Assembly (NCBI GenBank): GCA_051313645.2
Contig: JBNRSN020000005.1
Location: 123,008,001-123,072,000, forward strand
DNA from: Centroscyllium fabricii
Taxonomy: Eukaryota
Reading direction: 5' to 3'
Length of the DNA: 64,000 bases
A program made the position numbers and the translations under genes. The notes beneath the pieces are model-generated. The model had not been told where the DNA came from. It was given only the letters and a program-made list of their open reading frames with translations, and ran no database searches. Positions 49,231 through 61,576 of the stretch are shown here, one piece after another; positions within the stretch are counted from its first letter, which is position 1, and each line of letters starts with the position of its first letter.

Positions 49231-49834
49231 CTCTTTTAATGTTTATCGACTCTTTTGTTATAAATGCCTCAACTGCTCCCTGTGGCAAGGCATTCCAGGA
49301 TCTGAGGAAATGACATTTCTTCTAATCTCGCTCCTCACTCCCTTTGTGATAATTTAAAACTCATGGCCCCTTATCACTGGCTCCTCAACCAAATAAAATA
49401 GTCTGTCCCTATTCACCCTGATACATCTCTTCATCTATTTTAGAAACCTCTATTAAATCTCCTCTTAATCTTCTCTGCTTCCGTGGAAGTAGTGCCAGTA
49501 TCTCAAATCTCTCCCAATATGATTCCTGGTGTCATCCTGGTGAATCTTATTGTACACTCTCTGTGACTTTCATGTCCTTTCTATAATTGGGCACGCCAAA
49601 ATTGTTAACTTTGGTCTATCCATTACTTTGAACAAATTTATCATTACCTCTTTGCTCTTGTTCTGTATGCCCCTATTTGTAAAATCTTTGATGCTGTTAT
49701 CAGTTTATGGTCTTATCTACCTGCATTTGCACTTTCAGGGAATGATGTATTTGAATGCCTAGGTCTCTCTGTTCATCCAATCCCTTCAGCATCTTACCAT
49801 TGAGTGTATACCATGTTCTCTGTTTTTCCTGCCA

Positions 49835-50670
49835 GCAACTTGTATTTATATAGCGCCTTTAATACTGTTAAACGTCCCAAGGCGATTCACAGGAGTGTTA
49901 TAAGATAAAAATTTGACACCGAGCCACATAAGGATAAATTAGGGCAGGTGAGCAAAAGCTTGGTCAAAGAGATAGGTTTTAAGGAGCGTCTTAAAGGAGG
50001 AAACAGAGGTGGAGAGGTTTAGGCAGGGAATTCCAGAGCTTAGGGCCGAGGCAACAGAAGGCACGGCCACCAATGGCTGAGCGATTATAGTCAGGGATCC
50101 TCAAGGGCAGAATTAGAGGGGGGGGGGCTGGCTGGAGGAGATTACAGAGATAGGGAGGGGCAAGGCCATGGAGAGATTTGAAAACAAGGATGAGATTTTT
50201 GAAATCGAGGCTTAACCAAGAACCAATGTAGGTCAACGAGCACAAGGGTGATGGGCAAACGGGACTTGGTGCGAGTTAGGACATGGACAGCTGATTCTTG
50301 GATGAACTCAAGTTTACGTAGGGTGGAATGTGGGAGGCCAGCCAGAAGTGTGTTGGAATCGTCAAGTCTAGAGGTAACAAAGGCATGGATGAGGGTTTCC
50401 GCAGCAGATGAGCTGAGGCAAGGGTGGAGACGGGCAATGTTACGGAGGTGGAAATTGGTGTCCTTAGTTATGCTGCGGATATGTGGTCGGAAGATAATTT
50501 CAGGGTCAAATATGATACAAAGGTTGCGAACAGTGTGGTTCAGCCTCAGACAGATGTTAGGGAGAGGGATGGAGGCTGTGGCTAGGGAATGGAGTTTGTG
50601 GCAGGGACCAAAAACAATGGCTTCGGTTTTCCCAAAAATTTAATTGGAGAAAATTTCTGCTCATCCAGTA
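49835..50670 (-). mobile_element. L2 LINE 3' fragment
   Basis: DFKNLILVFKSLHGLAPPYL..GGRAFC..GPKLWNSLP, with tail ttgtatttatatagcgcctt. Confidence 0.85.
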
Positions 50671-51649
50671 ACGAAGGATCGTGGTCAGCCTCAGGATCAT
50701 CGATGGGTAGGGGATCTGGGAAGGTGATTGGAGGTCTCGTGAGGGGGATCGCTGATCACGATGAGTGGGCTAGGCAGGGTCCCTGGATCCAGGAGGTAGG
50801 TGTAAAGGGACATACTTCCTGGATGCAGCAGTCCCCACCTTGCTATAACTGCTGGGTTTTATGAGATTTGTAAAACCTGACCAGCTACAGTTAAAAACAA
50901 AATGGAGGTAAAAGAAGATGCCTCATTCAAATATTTAAATCAATGTCCCCACCACCTGGCACCGGGTTGGCTGCCCATTCTGTCTTGCACCCACCGCCTC
51001 ACCCCGCCCGCCCGCCCTATCACACCTCTGTTAAAACCAGAAGTGGGCGGGTTGGAGGCGGGTTGAGGTCGGGATTCCGATTTTTAACAATTTAACTAAC
51101 CCCCTCGCTCCAAAGCCACCCATTTCTTTCAGTTAAAATTCCTCCCATAGAAATAGACTTTATAAATAAGTGCCCCCAACCTAGAGCTTTGTGTGATGGG
51201 GCATACTGCAGGAATTTGGAGGCAGAGATCAGGGTGTTCCAGTAAATGAATGGACAGAACCTGATGCAGGGCCTGTTAAACTCCACACCTAAATTCCCTA
51301 TCCACTCCCACACAGAAATCTGCACACTGGAAGTGCAAATTTATAAAACTTAATCCATATTATAAATGAGAATAATAAGCGAGGATCTAAACACCTCCCC
51401 ATGATATTCAATGGCATTACCATTGCCAAATCCCTCACCATCAACATCCTGGGGGTCACTATTGACCAGAAACTTAACTGCACCAGTCACATAAATACTG
51501 TGACAGCAAGAGCAGGTCAGAGGCTGGGTATTCTGTGGCAAGTGTCTTGCCTCCTGACTCCCCAAAACCTTTCCACCATCTACGAGGTACAAGGAGTGTG
51601 ATGGGATACTCTCCACTTGCCTCAATGAGTGCAATTGCAACAACATTCA

Positions 51650-51927
51650 GGGACAGGGACACTGGTAAGGCTTGGAAGCTAAGCAGAGCCAGGCCTGGTT
51701 AGTACTTGGATGGGTGACCACCAGGGAATACCAGGTGCAGAAGGTCATGAAAGGAGCCCCGGGGAGGGGCGGTTGGCTGAAGATTGTCGGAATGATTGGA
51801 AAGATGGAATGGCGGCGCGCACAGACGCAGCGGCTTTGCTGGACTCTTGGGAGCTTACAAGATCACATTTCGTTGTTCATGTACTTGTACATTGTATAAT
51901 GACAATAAACTTGAATTATTATTATTA
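51650..51927 (+). mobile_element. 5S rRNA-derived SINE-like insertion with (ATT)n tail
   Basis: A 5S segment is followed by a unique body, tgacaataaa and attattattatt. The host LINE resumes in register (attca on both sides). Confidence 0.7.
51671..51745 (+). pseudogene. Partial 5S rRNA sequence (3' two-thirds, internal control region)
   Basis: ggaagctaagcag...gcctggttagtacttggatggg..gacc..gggaatacc.ggtgc matches vertebrate 5S rRNA with several substitutions. Confidence 0.9.
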
Positions 51928-52482
51928 TTCAAGAAGCTCAACACCATCCAGCAGCCCACTTGATTGGCATCCCATCCACCACCTTAATCATTCACTCCCT
52001 CCACCACTGGCATACCGTGGCTGCAGTGTGTACCATCTATAAGATGAACTGCAACAACTCACCAACGCTTCTTCGGCAGCACCTCCTAAACCCACGACCT
52101 CTACCACCTTGAAGAATAAGGGCAGCAGGCACATGGGAACACCACCACCTCCAAGTTCCCCTCCAAGTCACACGCCATCTTGGCTTAGAAGTATATCGCC
52201 AATCCTTCATCGTCACTGAATCAAAATCCTGGAATACCCTCCTTAACAGCACTGTGGGAGTACCATCACCACACGGACTGCAGCGGTTCAGGAAGGTGGC
52301 TCACCACCACCTTCTCAAGGGAAATTAGGGATTGGCATTAAATGCTGGCCTTGCCAATGACACCCACATCCCATGAATGAGTAAAACAATAAATAAAAGC
52401 ATCAGGAAGTTTGGGGTTAATTGAAATTGTACTGAATTATACAAATAGTATTTTACCAAAAAAGTGCAACATATCACTTTAA

Positions 52483-53230
52483 GGGGGAAAAATTGGGTGG
52501 CACCCCTTTTGGGGTGCTAATGTCGCTGGGGCGTTAATTTTAGCACCATGAAAAAGTTAGCACCCCTCCGCCAGAAATTCATTAGTAGCACCCTGAACAG
52601 TAGGTGGGGCGCGACTGGAAGCACTCCCCCTCCTTCTTGGGGCGCTATTGCTGAATATCACGGCACTACATGCAACAGCGCCACATGCGTCGGCACGTAA
52701 TGCTGCATCATTGCAGGCCTCCTCCCCTGATTAAAGGGTAAGGGCCTAGCACTGCGCACACCAGGGCCCTGCCGGACCACCGGGGAGCGGGATGCATTGA
52801 ATACAACCCGGCACTCAAGAGGAGTGCTGGCTGAGCAATCGCAGCTGGCAGCCCGAGAAAAAAGGGGAAGGGGGCAGGTGCTGGTCATCAGCCAAAAGAA
52901 ACTGGCCGCCCGACACCTGCCCCTTTTAATAACACTACCACCGCTGTGAAAACGCCCCCATGACCCTGTCAGACATATCGTCCGACAATAGGTCAGAGGG
53001 AACAAGGGAAGTTTGTGGCCAGAGTGCAAGTGGGGCGCTGTGCAGGACAATGATGTCATCACCGGTGGTGCAGCACCACAGGGCGCTACCGGCTACCGCT
53101 GCCACTAACCTCCCACTACATCCCACGGGAGGCGTTAGCGGTGCCACGCCCAGGTGTCCGGGGATTTGCACCCCGTTAGTGCCTCCCGGGAGCACTAACG
53201 AGAGGCACAAATCAACCCAACTTTTTCCCC
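52483..53230. mobile_element. Harbinger/PIF-type MITE with TAA TSD
   Basis: TAA-gggggaaaaattgggt ... acccaactttttcccc-TAA. Confidence 0.75.
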
Positions 53231-54232
53231 TAAATATTTCAAATCTCCTCAGACAGTTATGCTTCTGATATACAATTGAAGGGTGGTGGAATCTCACCTC
53301 TAGTGTTGCAGCAGCAGGTGTGAAACAGAAAACTATGTACATAAACATTCAATATTTAAAAAAATGTAAATAAGATTTCTATCCTGATGCTGTACTGCAG
53401 GCTAAATAATAAAACCTACTCTAATTAATGCAGTGTTATCTGTTTAACTGTAACGGACGCCAATCAGACTTTGTGGCAGCTTTACTGAAGTAAAAATTAA
53501 CACCATTGAGAAACAAACAGGAGACACCTTTGGAAGGTCAGCTAAACAGCCTCATATTGAATTGATGTGCCATTCAACGTTTTCGAAAGACACTTTTATA
53601 TTAAGGAGTGGAGCCAAATGGGAGACACACAGGTCTCTGCATTGTCAGCTGCATTCCATAGTATAAAGTGCCCGATAATCAGAGAACCAACAGCATTCGC
53701 CACCCATAATTTACTCAAGCAATGCAAGACCAGTCTCCATGCTTACACTTAAATAAGCAATTAGATATTCACACTACACAGTGGAGCCCAGAACATTTGG
53801 AAAGGGTTAAAAATAAAAGGGGAGAGCATGTAGGTCACTCTCCCTAAATAGTTACACTGGGAAATAGGCACCATAACATTTATTGCCAGCACTTCTTGCC
53901 ATTTCCTGCTACCTTCCTGTCTCAATGGATCAGTGACATTACCCACCAGGAGAACAGCGCTGCTGTATGATCTTTGAGTCGTATGTGATTTTCACATATG
54001 GTTCAGAAATTATCTTAAAACAGTGGATGTATTTTAATCGGAATTCTCTCACCCTTCATCCTATCCTAATGGCAGTGACTGGTTGTAGAGAAAGCTCCAT
54101 AGCCAACAATTTGTTGGTACTTCACTCAAGTACTCTTTCTTCATATGTGAGTCTAAACAGGCTATTCAGCAAAGTGAGCTATCCAAACACAGACCAATCT
54201 TAATTGATCACAGTTAAACCTTTTTTTAGTAC

Positions 54233-54501
54233 TGATGCACTATCAATAACTTTAGAAAGACTAGAAGTTACGCAAGTAATAGATAGGCTTTTATTCGCTA
54301 AAGAACAGGAACATACCTCTGCTGATCGACTGGTCCAGGACTGAAGGGGGGTTGGGAGACGGTCACCTTTATACCTGGGTCTGAGGGAGGAGCCACAGGC
54401 GGAGTCAGTAGTGGCATGTCCAGCCAGGTTACATGCAACAGGTAGAGTGAACTATAATACAGTACAGAGTGAACTATGATACAATACAGTGGTTTACCAC
54501 A
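54233..54501 (-). mobile_element. Solo LTR of the A/B/C Gypsy group
   Basis: tgatgcac...tttaccaca with an AGTAC TSD and the ggcttttatt motif shared with LTRs A, B and C. Confidence 0.9.
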
Positions 54502-54673
54502 AGTACAGTGCATAAAATGGCAACTGTCACTATTCGATGAGATTGAAAACTTTTCCTGCCTCTCGGAACTTTGGGCTATTTTGCTCCTTTTCATTTCTCC
54601 TGCATTTCACGTCTTACTGCAGCTAGCCACCAAATTAAAACGGCCATTTAGCAGTGTTCACTGTTCTGTGTTA

Positions 54674-56553
54674 TGCCCTAGTTTCACTGGAGGCTACGAA
54701 TTGCCGAATCGTGCCGATTGTGAAATTTGCCCGATTCGTGGGTCATTCTTGCAATTCGTAGTGGATTCGTAGTGGATTCGTAGTGGATTCGTAGTGGATT
54801 CGTAGCGGATTCGTAGAGTTCGCGGTAGTTCGCGGGAGTTCTTTGAGTTTTCAAGAAAGTTTTTGTTTGTCAAAAAATTTCGTGGGAGGGTTCACGAATG
54901 TCCAATTCGTGATAGATTCGTAAACAATTCGTGACCCATTCTTACCGTTCGTGACCCTTTCTTACCATTCGTAACTGATTCGTAGTGGATTCGTAGTGCA
55001 TTCTTGGCTATTCTTGGGCATTCTTGATTTTTTCAAAATTATTTCCAAAAAGTTGTGTTTATAAAAATAGTTGTAAAAATGAGTGGTTAAATGTTTTAGT
55101 TATAAAAGTTTTTGTATATAATATTAGTTATAAAAAGTTATGGTTATGTTATAAAATTTTGTGGTTATAGTAATAGTTTTAACAAAATTGTGGTTATATG
55201 TTATTTATTATAAAAATTACCATTATACCTTGCTTGCTGTTTAAATCCTGGTTTTCTTTTGTTGCATAACACTTTATTTTTTTCCCACAATAAAAATAAC
55301 TTTCAGATAAAATTTGTCTCAATTTATCCAAGAAGTCACACAACACCAGTTTCTTAGTCCAACGGTTTTATTTAAAATCACAAGCTTTCGGAGCTTCTGC
55401 CCCTTCGTCAGGTAACACAGACAGACTGAAGTCAAACATCACACATGGGGGAGGGGAGAAATCTGAACTTATACATAGGCAAATTAGCATAGTTTAACAC
55501 CTCAGTATATTAACCATTTTTATCCATTTATCATCAAATTAAACAACATCACTGGTAATGTCAAATCACTGAAATTCACACACGCTTGCTCAGTCCTGCC
55601 ATTCTGTCCTGCCACGGAACAGATCCAGCAGCACTGTTGAAGTATGCTGTGAGGTAGTCCCTCTGGATCTTGCCCATCTGGTGGTCTATGTTACGTGCAG
55701 AGGGGTGTGTAACCGCGTGCATCTGCATGCCGTCCCTCCAGGCTCCAGGGATGATGCTGTGGTTGTCATCCTCGTGGTCCACCTCTGTGTTTCCAATTGC
55801 GGGGAACCTGATCCTCATGAGGTTGTGAAGCAGGACAGCTGTTTCCACCATGGTGCACACCATTTCTGGATGTTGTTCCAGGGTTCCAAGGAAGCATCTC
55901 CATCTGTTGGCCATTATTCCAAAGGCATTCTCCACCACGCGTCTGCCCCTTGAGATTCGGTAGTTGGCCACCATCATCTCATCACTGAGACCCCTCCTGG
56001 AGTAGGGTTTGCAGCAGTCTGTGGTAGTGCCCAAACTCTAGCCTTCTAGCCGGTGTCATCCATGGTCGAACCCACCAGCGCTTGCGTCTTCTCTGTCTTC
56101 TTGGGGGTTCCAAGAACAGCAGGTCGTGATAGTGCTCCAACTCCGCAGCCAGAGCCACACATGCTTTCCATCGAACACCCATTGTACAAATGACAGGTTC
56201 AGCAGGGGTTCAGGGTTTTTTTATATGCTGGAATATGCCGGAATATCAACAGAAATGCCAACTATCAAAATCAATTCTTAGATGATTCTTAGAATTCGTA
56301 ACTAATTCGTGGAGTTCGTAGTGGATTCTTAATTAATTCTTGCAATTCGTGGTGGATTCGTGAGTGATTCGTACCTCATTCGTAAAATAATTCGTGATAG
56401 ATTCGTAACCTTGTCCAGAATCGCCAAGAATTCACCAAGAATCGCCAAGAATCAACCAAGAATTTTAGCATTTCTTGAAGAATCGCCAAGAATTTCGATT
56501 CTTGACGATTCTTGGGATTCTTGGCATTCTTAGCCTCCAGTGAAACTAGGGCA
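54674..56553 (-). mobile_element. Internally deleted Harbinger transposon
   Basis: About 23-bp TIR tgccctagtttcactggaggcta, subterminal (gtagtggattc)n repeats, and a transposase C-terminus NYRISRGRRVVENAFGIMANRWR..LLHNLMR at 55576-56034. Confidence 0.85.
55329..55413 (-). mobile_element. Penelope-like end with hammerhead core
   Basis: Near-identical to 15432-15514. Confidence 0.7.
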
Positions 56554-56669
56554 TAAGACAGAATTGTGGCCACTGCCAAAGGTCTAAGTGGGCCTTGATA
56601 ATAATGAATGAAAAGCTTTGCCACTCTACCAAGGTTAGATGTCCACCTATGTCCAGTAGATTTTTTTGT

Positions 56670-56765
56670 GTGTTATGATGAAGGATCCGTACCTGAAAGG
56701 TCAACCCTTCTGTTCTCTCCACAGATGGTGCCTGACCTGCTGTGTGTATCCAGCACATTCTATCT
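56670..56765 (+). mobile_element. Second Penelope-type terminal fragment with a degenerate hammerhead core
   Basis: tgatgaagg..cctgaaa followed by tctccacagatggtgcctgacctgctg. The core C is mutated. Confidence 0.45.
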
Positions 56766-58265
56766 TTCTTTGAAACTTGTTTTTGGTTGTTTTGTTTTGT
56801 TCTAATGGTTGGTGTACTTGGCTTTATCTCTGCTATTATTTACAAAATAGGAAAACAGTTGATGCATTAGTAATTCTACCAGCTCACCATCCCCCACTTG
56901 CCCTATTCAATCCCATTAGCAATAACTGATTACTGCTGGAGTTAACAGCAGTGGGACAATTATTTTAGCTGCCAGTAGCCTTAACAGCAAGATGAAAATA
57001 TAGGTCAATGCTGAAGGGGGAAAAAACGAGTGAATTTCAGAAGGAAATATAACTGTGAATAAATACCAATACTAATGGATCAAAATTACCCCTAAATATG
57101 ATTCTGCAAATGAATACATTTCATCCATTGCATTTTTACACATGTGTGTACAACTCATGACAGACTCTGCACACCCAGTCAAAAGTCCACCAAAAATCAT
57201 TAAAACAAGCAAACTGTTAAAAGGTACTGGACAGATAAAAGTGAGAAACTACATAGGCCTTGGATTTCATCTAACATCTATTAGAAATATTAACTAAAAG
57301 ATGAGAAACCTTCAAATTTTCTTCCAAGCAGAATGCACTTCATGCCAAATACAGTCTCTGATAGGAAGTTTTAACAAAAATCCATTAATGTTAGATGTTC
57401 CATTTTCCTCTTGTCCAAGTTCGGAAGAAAGTAGAAGCAAAGATGGATGCAAACATCCATAATTTGCATCTACAATATTCCAGTTTTGCTTGCAGGCGCT
57501 GGAATGGAAACATTTCTGTTTAATTGGTGTAGTGATGGCCCGAGGGTATTTTCCATGATATATTTTATAGGAGAGACCTATATATGATGGCAGATTGTGC
57601 TCTTCCTGTATCATAATCTTTCTTCAATCTTTTTTAAAGATTAATTTTTGGAATCCTGTTTTGATAGTGATAGTAGCCCATTTTTATTTCTTCATTCTCC
57701 TTTCTCCTGCTGTGTATCCAAAATAGTAAAACAGAAGCAGAGATACACAAATCCTGATTGAGGTTATCAGGTCCACTACTGACTATTTCAAACATCATCT
57801 AGCCTGGCTCTTTGCTGTACAATCTGTACCTGTAAACTCCAAAAGCTAGCTTCCTAATTCCAGTATTAGAGGAATAAAACAATAGTGAATAAAATAAAAT
57901 CCTGCTTGGTTCCCAGTACGATCTAATCTATCACAGGTTCTACCCACTGATGTAATCCCCTGAGGAAACTCTCTCCCTCCTTCCCAAAGGTATTCAAGTG
58001 ATAATCCAGACTATCTATCCATCGCCACACCTGCACTATGCAACACAGGATCGTTGCGTTCCACAGACAATGTTCCCTTGATCACAACAGCGCAGTAACC
58101 AGCATATTTGATACAGTACTTGATTATTCTTTATAATCCTAAAAGTGGGCCATTACTATCAAAACAGGAGTCCAAAAAGTAATCTTTAAAAGATTGAAGA
58201 AAGATGGTGATATGCAGTGGCCCACAGCAGTGTAACAATGGGTCCAAAACACTACTGTGCTCCAC

Positions 58266-58870
58266 TTCAAATTCAAATTCAAAATTTTATTTGTCACATG
58301 TACTAAAGTACAACAAGTGCAATCTAGACAGTGAAATGCTTTTTTTATGAGCCGAATGCACCGCGCAACAAAGAGCACTAAGCTGCCCGACACGCCCAGA
58401 GCCCACAAGACGGCAGCCACCTCACCGGCGCCATCATCTTGAATCATAGGTCCCGTTCTCGCAATGCTCCGGCTTCTCCTGCTCTCAAAGTCCAATGTTC
58501 AATGTTCTTCAACCAACCGTAGCCCATCCGCTTGTCAGTCACTAACATGACGAGGTCACCGCTGAAGCAAAAGCTGCCAGTTCCAACCGCAGAGCCCGTC
58601 TTAAACAAAGCGAGCTGCTTCCCGTTCCACAGTCCCAAAGTCTACACGAGTCATCTGCAGAACTGATCAACACCCGTCCTGTGTCCCAGCCAACGCCCAC
58701 GCACCACACCACTCCGGTGCGTCCACTGTAAGCGCCGGACAAGATGGATTTCATGGCGGCTGCTGGTGGTGGCCGCCCGGCCGGCTGGTGGCCTCTCACT
58801 CGCGACCTGGCGCCCCAGCACCTCACTCGCCCCGCCGCAGCATGGACAGCAGGAGAAGCCGAAAGTACAT
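58266..58870 (-). mobile_element. Non-autonomous retroposon with Rex1/Babar-like 3' end
   Basis: The minus strand ends aagcatttcactg..tacatgtgacaaataaa(atttga)n. The 5' boundary is uncertain. Confidence 0.5.
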
Positions 58871-58982
58871 CCTGGTCTCTCACCAGCGAAAGTGAGGTGG
58901 AACAAGCACTAGTGACCTCTGCTCCTAGTGACCACATGAGAGAATCTGGGATCAGAGCAAGGTCACTTTATCATAATGTCAG

Positions 58983-59260
58983 TGCGGTAAACCACTCTTT
59001 TGTACATATATATATATTGTTGTAATCGTACTTTCACTATGTTGTATTATAGTTCTCTGTATGCGATTACCTGGACATGCCCATGCTGGCCCCGCCTGCG
59101 ACTCCTCCCTTCCGGGACCAGGTATATGAGCGGCCGTCTCCCTTCCCCCAGCCATTCCTGGGGACGGTCGACTAGCTGGTGCATGTCCACCTTTAATAAA
59201 TAAAAGCCTATAGTTTTCTCCTCTTAACTACTCGTCTCCGAGGTCGTTAATTCGGTAACA
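58983..59260 (+). mobile_element. Solo LTR of the A/B/C Gypsy group
   Basis: tgcggtaaaccac...ggtaaca with a GTCAG TSD and the aataaaagcc motif. Confidence 0.9.
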
Positions 59261-59499
59261 GTCAGCAAAGAGCAGGTATGTTAATATGGCGGGGGTCGAG
59301 TAAAGCAATGCTGGCAAACCATTAATGCTGCAACCAGCCATGAAAATGTTTTAAATTTCCCTTAATGCTGTTGAGATTTTGACTGGGATCCAGGCCTGGA
59401 AAGAGACCTTTTACGGTGGTATTGGGTGGACCATGCATGGTCCCGTAAAGAGGAGCCGACAGGTAATCTTCCGTTTATCTTTGTGGGGCCGGAAAGAGC

Positions 59500-61249
59500 A
59501 GAAATGTCGAGGAACATAGGGTCTAATGAGGGAGAAGAATTGAAAGAGATCAGTATTTGTAGGGAAATGGTGTTAGAGAAATTGACGGGATTGAAGGCCG
59601 ATGAATCCCCAGGGCCTGATAATCTACATCCTAGGGTATTTAAGGAAGTGGCCCTAGAAATAGTGGATGCATTGCTGGTCATCTTCCAAAATTCGACAGA
59701 CTCTGGAATAGTTCCCATCGATTGGAGGGTAGCTAATGTTACCCCACTGTTCAAAAAATGTGGTAGAGAGAAAACAGGGAATTACAGACCGGTAAGCCTG
59801 ACATTGGTAGTGGGAAAAATGCTAGATTCCATTATAAAAGGTGGAATAGCAGAGCACTTGGAAAACAGTGACAGGATCGGACAAAGTCAACATGGATTTG
59901 CAAAAGGTAAATCGTGCTTGATTAATATAGTGTAATTTTTTGAGGATATAACAGGTAAAATAGATAAGGGAAAACCAGTGGATGTGGTGTATTTGGATTT
60001 TCAAAAGGCGTTCGATTACATCCCGCATAAGAGATTAGAGTGTAAAATTAAGGCACATGGAATTAGGGGCAAAGTATTGACTTGGATAGAGAACTGGTTG
60101 GCAGACAGAAAGCAAAGACTTGGACTAAACGGGTCTTTTTCCGAGTGGCAGGCAGTGACTAGTGGGGTACCGCAGGGATTGGTCCTAGGACCCCAGCTAT
60201 TCACAATATACATAAATGATCTAGATGAGGGAACTAGATGTAATATCTCCAAGTTTGTAGATGGCACAAAGCTGGGTGGGCATGTGTGCTGTGAGGAGGA
60301 TGCAGAGAAACCCCAGTATGATTTGGACAGGTTGGGTGATTGGGCAGAAGCATGGCAGATGCAATATAATGTGGATAAATGTGAGGTTATCCACTTTGGT
60401 GTCAAAAACAGGGAGTTAGATTATTATCTGAATGGCAATAGATTGGGAGAAGGGTGTAGTGTATGTCCCATTAAGGCTTATACTGGGCACTACTTTATGT
60501 AGTGCCAGGATATTGCAGTACCACGGTTCACCACTGCTGTATATAAGTTCGAGCGAGGAGCGATATAGTCAGTTCCAGACTCTGTAATGCAAAATAAACA
60601 TCTCTTTGGTTTCGTACCTTCGAGTCTAGTCCGCAGTTATTATCACTTGATAGCGCGGACTTAACAAAGGGGAAGTGCAACGAGACCTGGGTGTCCTTGT
60701 GTACCAGTCGTTGAAGGTAAGCATGCAGGTGCAGCAGGTGGTTAAGAAGGCAAATGGTATGTTGGCCTTCGTAGCGAGAGGGTTTTTATACAGGAACAAG
60801 GATGTCTTGCTGCAGTTGTACAGGGCCTTGGTGAGACCATACCTTGAGTAGTGTGTGCAGTTTTGGTCACCTTATCTAAGGAAGGATGTTTTTGCCATGG
60901 AGGGAGTGCAGCGAAGATTCACCAGGCTGATACCTGGGATGGCAGGAATAACGTATGAGGAGAGATTGGGTTGATTGGGCTTGTACTCGCTGGAGTTTAG
61001 AAGAATGAGAGAGGATCTCATTGAAACTTATAAAATTCTAAAAGGACTGGACAGACTGGATGCAGGAAGGATGTTCCTGATGGTCGGGAAGTCCAGAACC
61101 AGGGGTCACAGTCTAAGGATAAGGAGTAAGCCACTTAGGACAGAGATGAGGAGGAATTTCTTCACCCAGAGAGTGGTGAACCTATGGAATTCTCTGCCAC
61201 AGAAGGCCATAGAGGCCAACTCATGAAATATATTCAAGAAGGAGTTAGA
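59500..61249 (+). mobile_element. CR1 ORF2 fragment, interrupted by a solo LTR and by Gypsy element D
   Basis: SPGPDNLHPRV, NYRPVSLT, YLDFQKAFD, GVPQG and RRMREDLIETY. Confidence 0.9.
60455..60666 (+). mobile_element. Solo LTR (212 bp)
   Basis: tgtagtg...ttaaca with an AAGGG TSD, TATATAA and AATAAA. Confidence 0.85.
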
Positions 61250-61486
61250 TGTGGCGGCACACCAGACTAACGAATCCACCTCGGGAGTGCTGCGGGGCAT
61301 AGCCCCGCCCACCGGGTGACGCGATGACGTCACCACGTCTCTCGGCTTGATGAGGTCACTAAGTGGGCAGTTTAAATAAGCCTGCTCCTCGTGGTTCAGT
61401 CTCTTTCTTGCTAAGTAATGTAATTAAACAAGTGTTATCTGTCTCTCCGGCTCCTGTGTGGTTCTTGGGTCCTGCAAGCGCTACAG

Positions 61487-61499
61487 TGGTGACCCCGAC
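61487..61499 (+). promoter_or_regulatory. Primer-binding site complementary to the tRNA-Trp 3' end
   Basis: TGGTGACCCCGAC immediately after the LTR. Confidence 0.9.
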
Positions 61500-61576
61500 T
61501 TGGAACGTCTTCCAAGGAGAAAACAGCAGCTACAGGACTAAAAACCAAGCAGCCTCAGAACACTTTAAAAAGCAAC

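Larger units (their letters stand above)
51380..52395 (+). mobile_element. 3' fragment of the same LINE family as 11225-12360, interrupted by a 5S-derived insertion
   Basis: INILGVTIDQKLN..AGQRLGIL, with the same 3' UTR. Confidence 0.85.

Noticed and set aside
51671-51745. Functional 5S rRNA gene
   Set aside because: The 5' ~40 nt are missing, there are multiple substitutions, there is no T-run terminator, and it is embedded in a retroposed insertion.
57312-57614. 100-aa ORF in unique sequence as a possible host exon
   Set aside because: No recognisable domain and no convincing splice boundaries. It may be non-coding conserved sequence, but I cannot support that.
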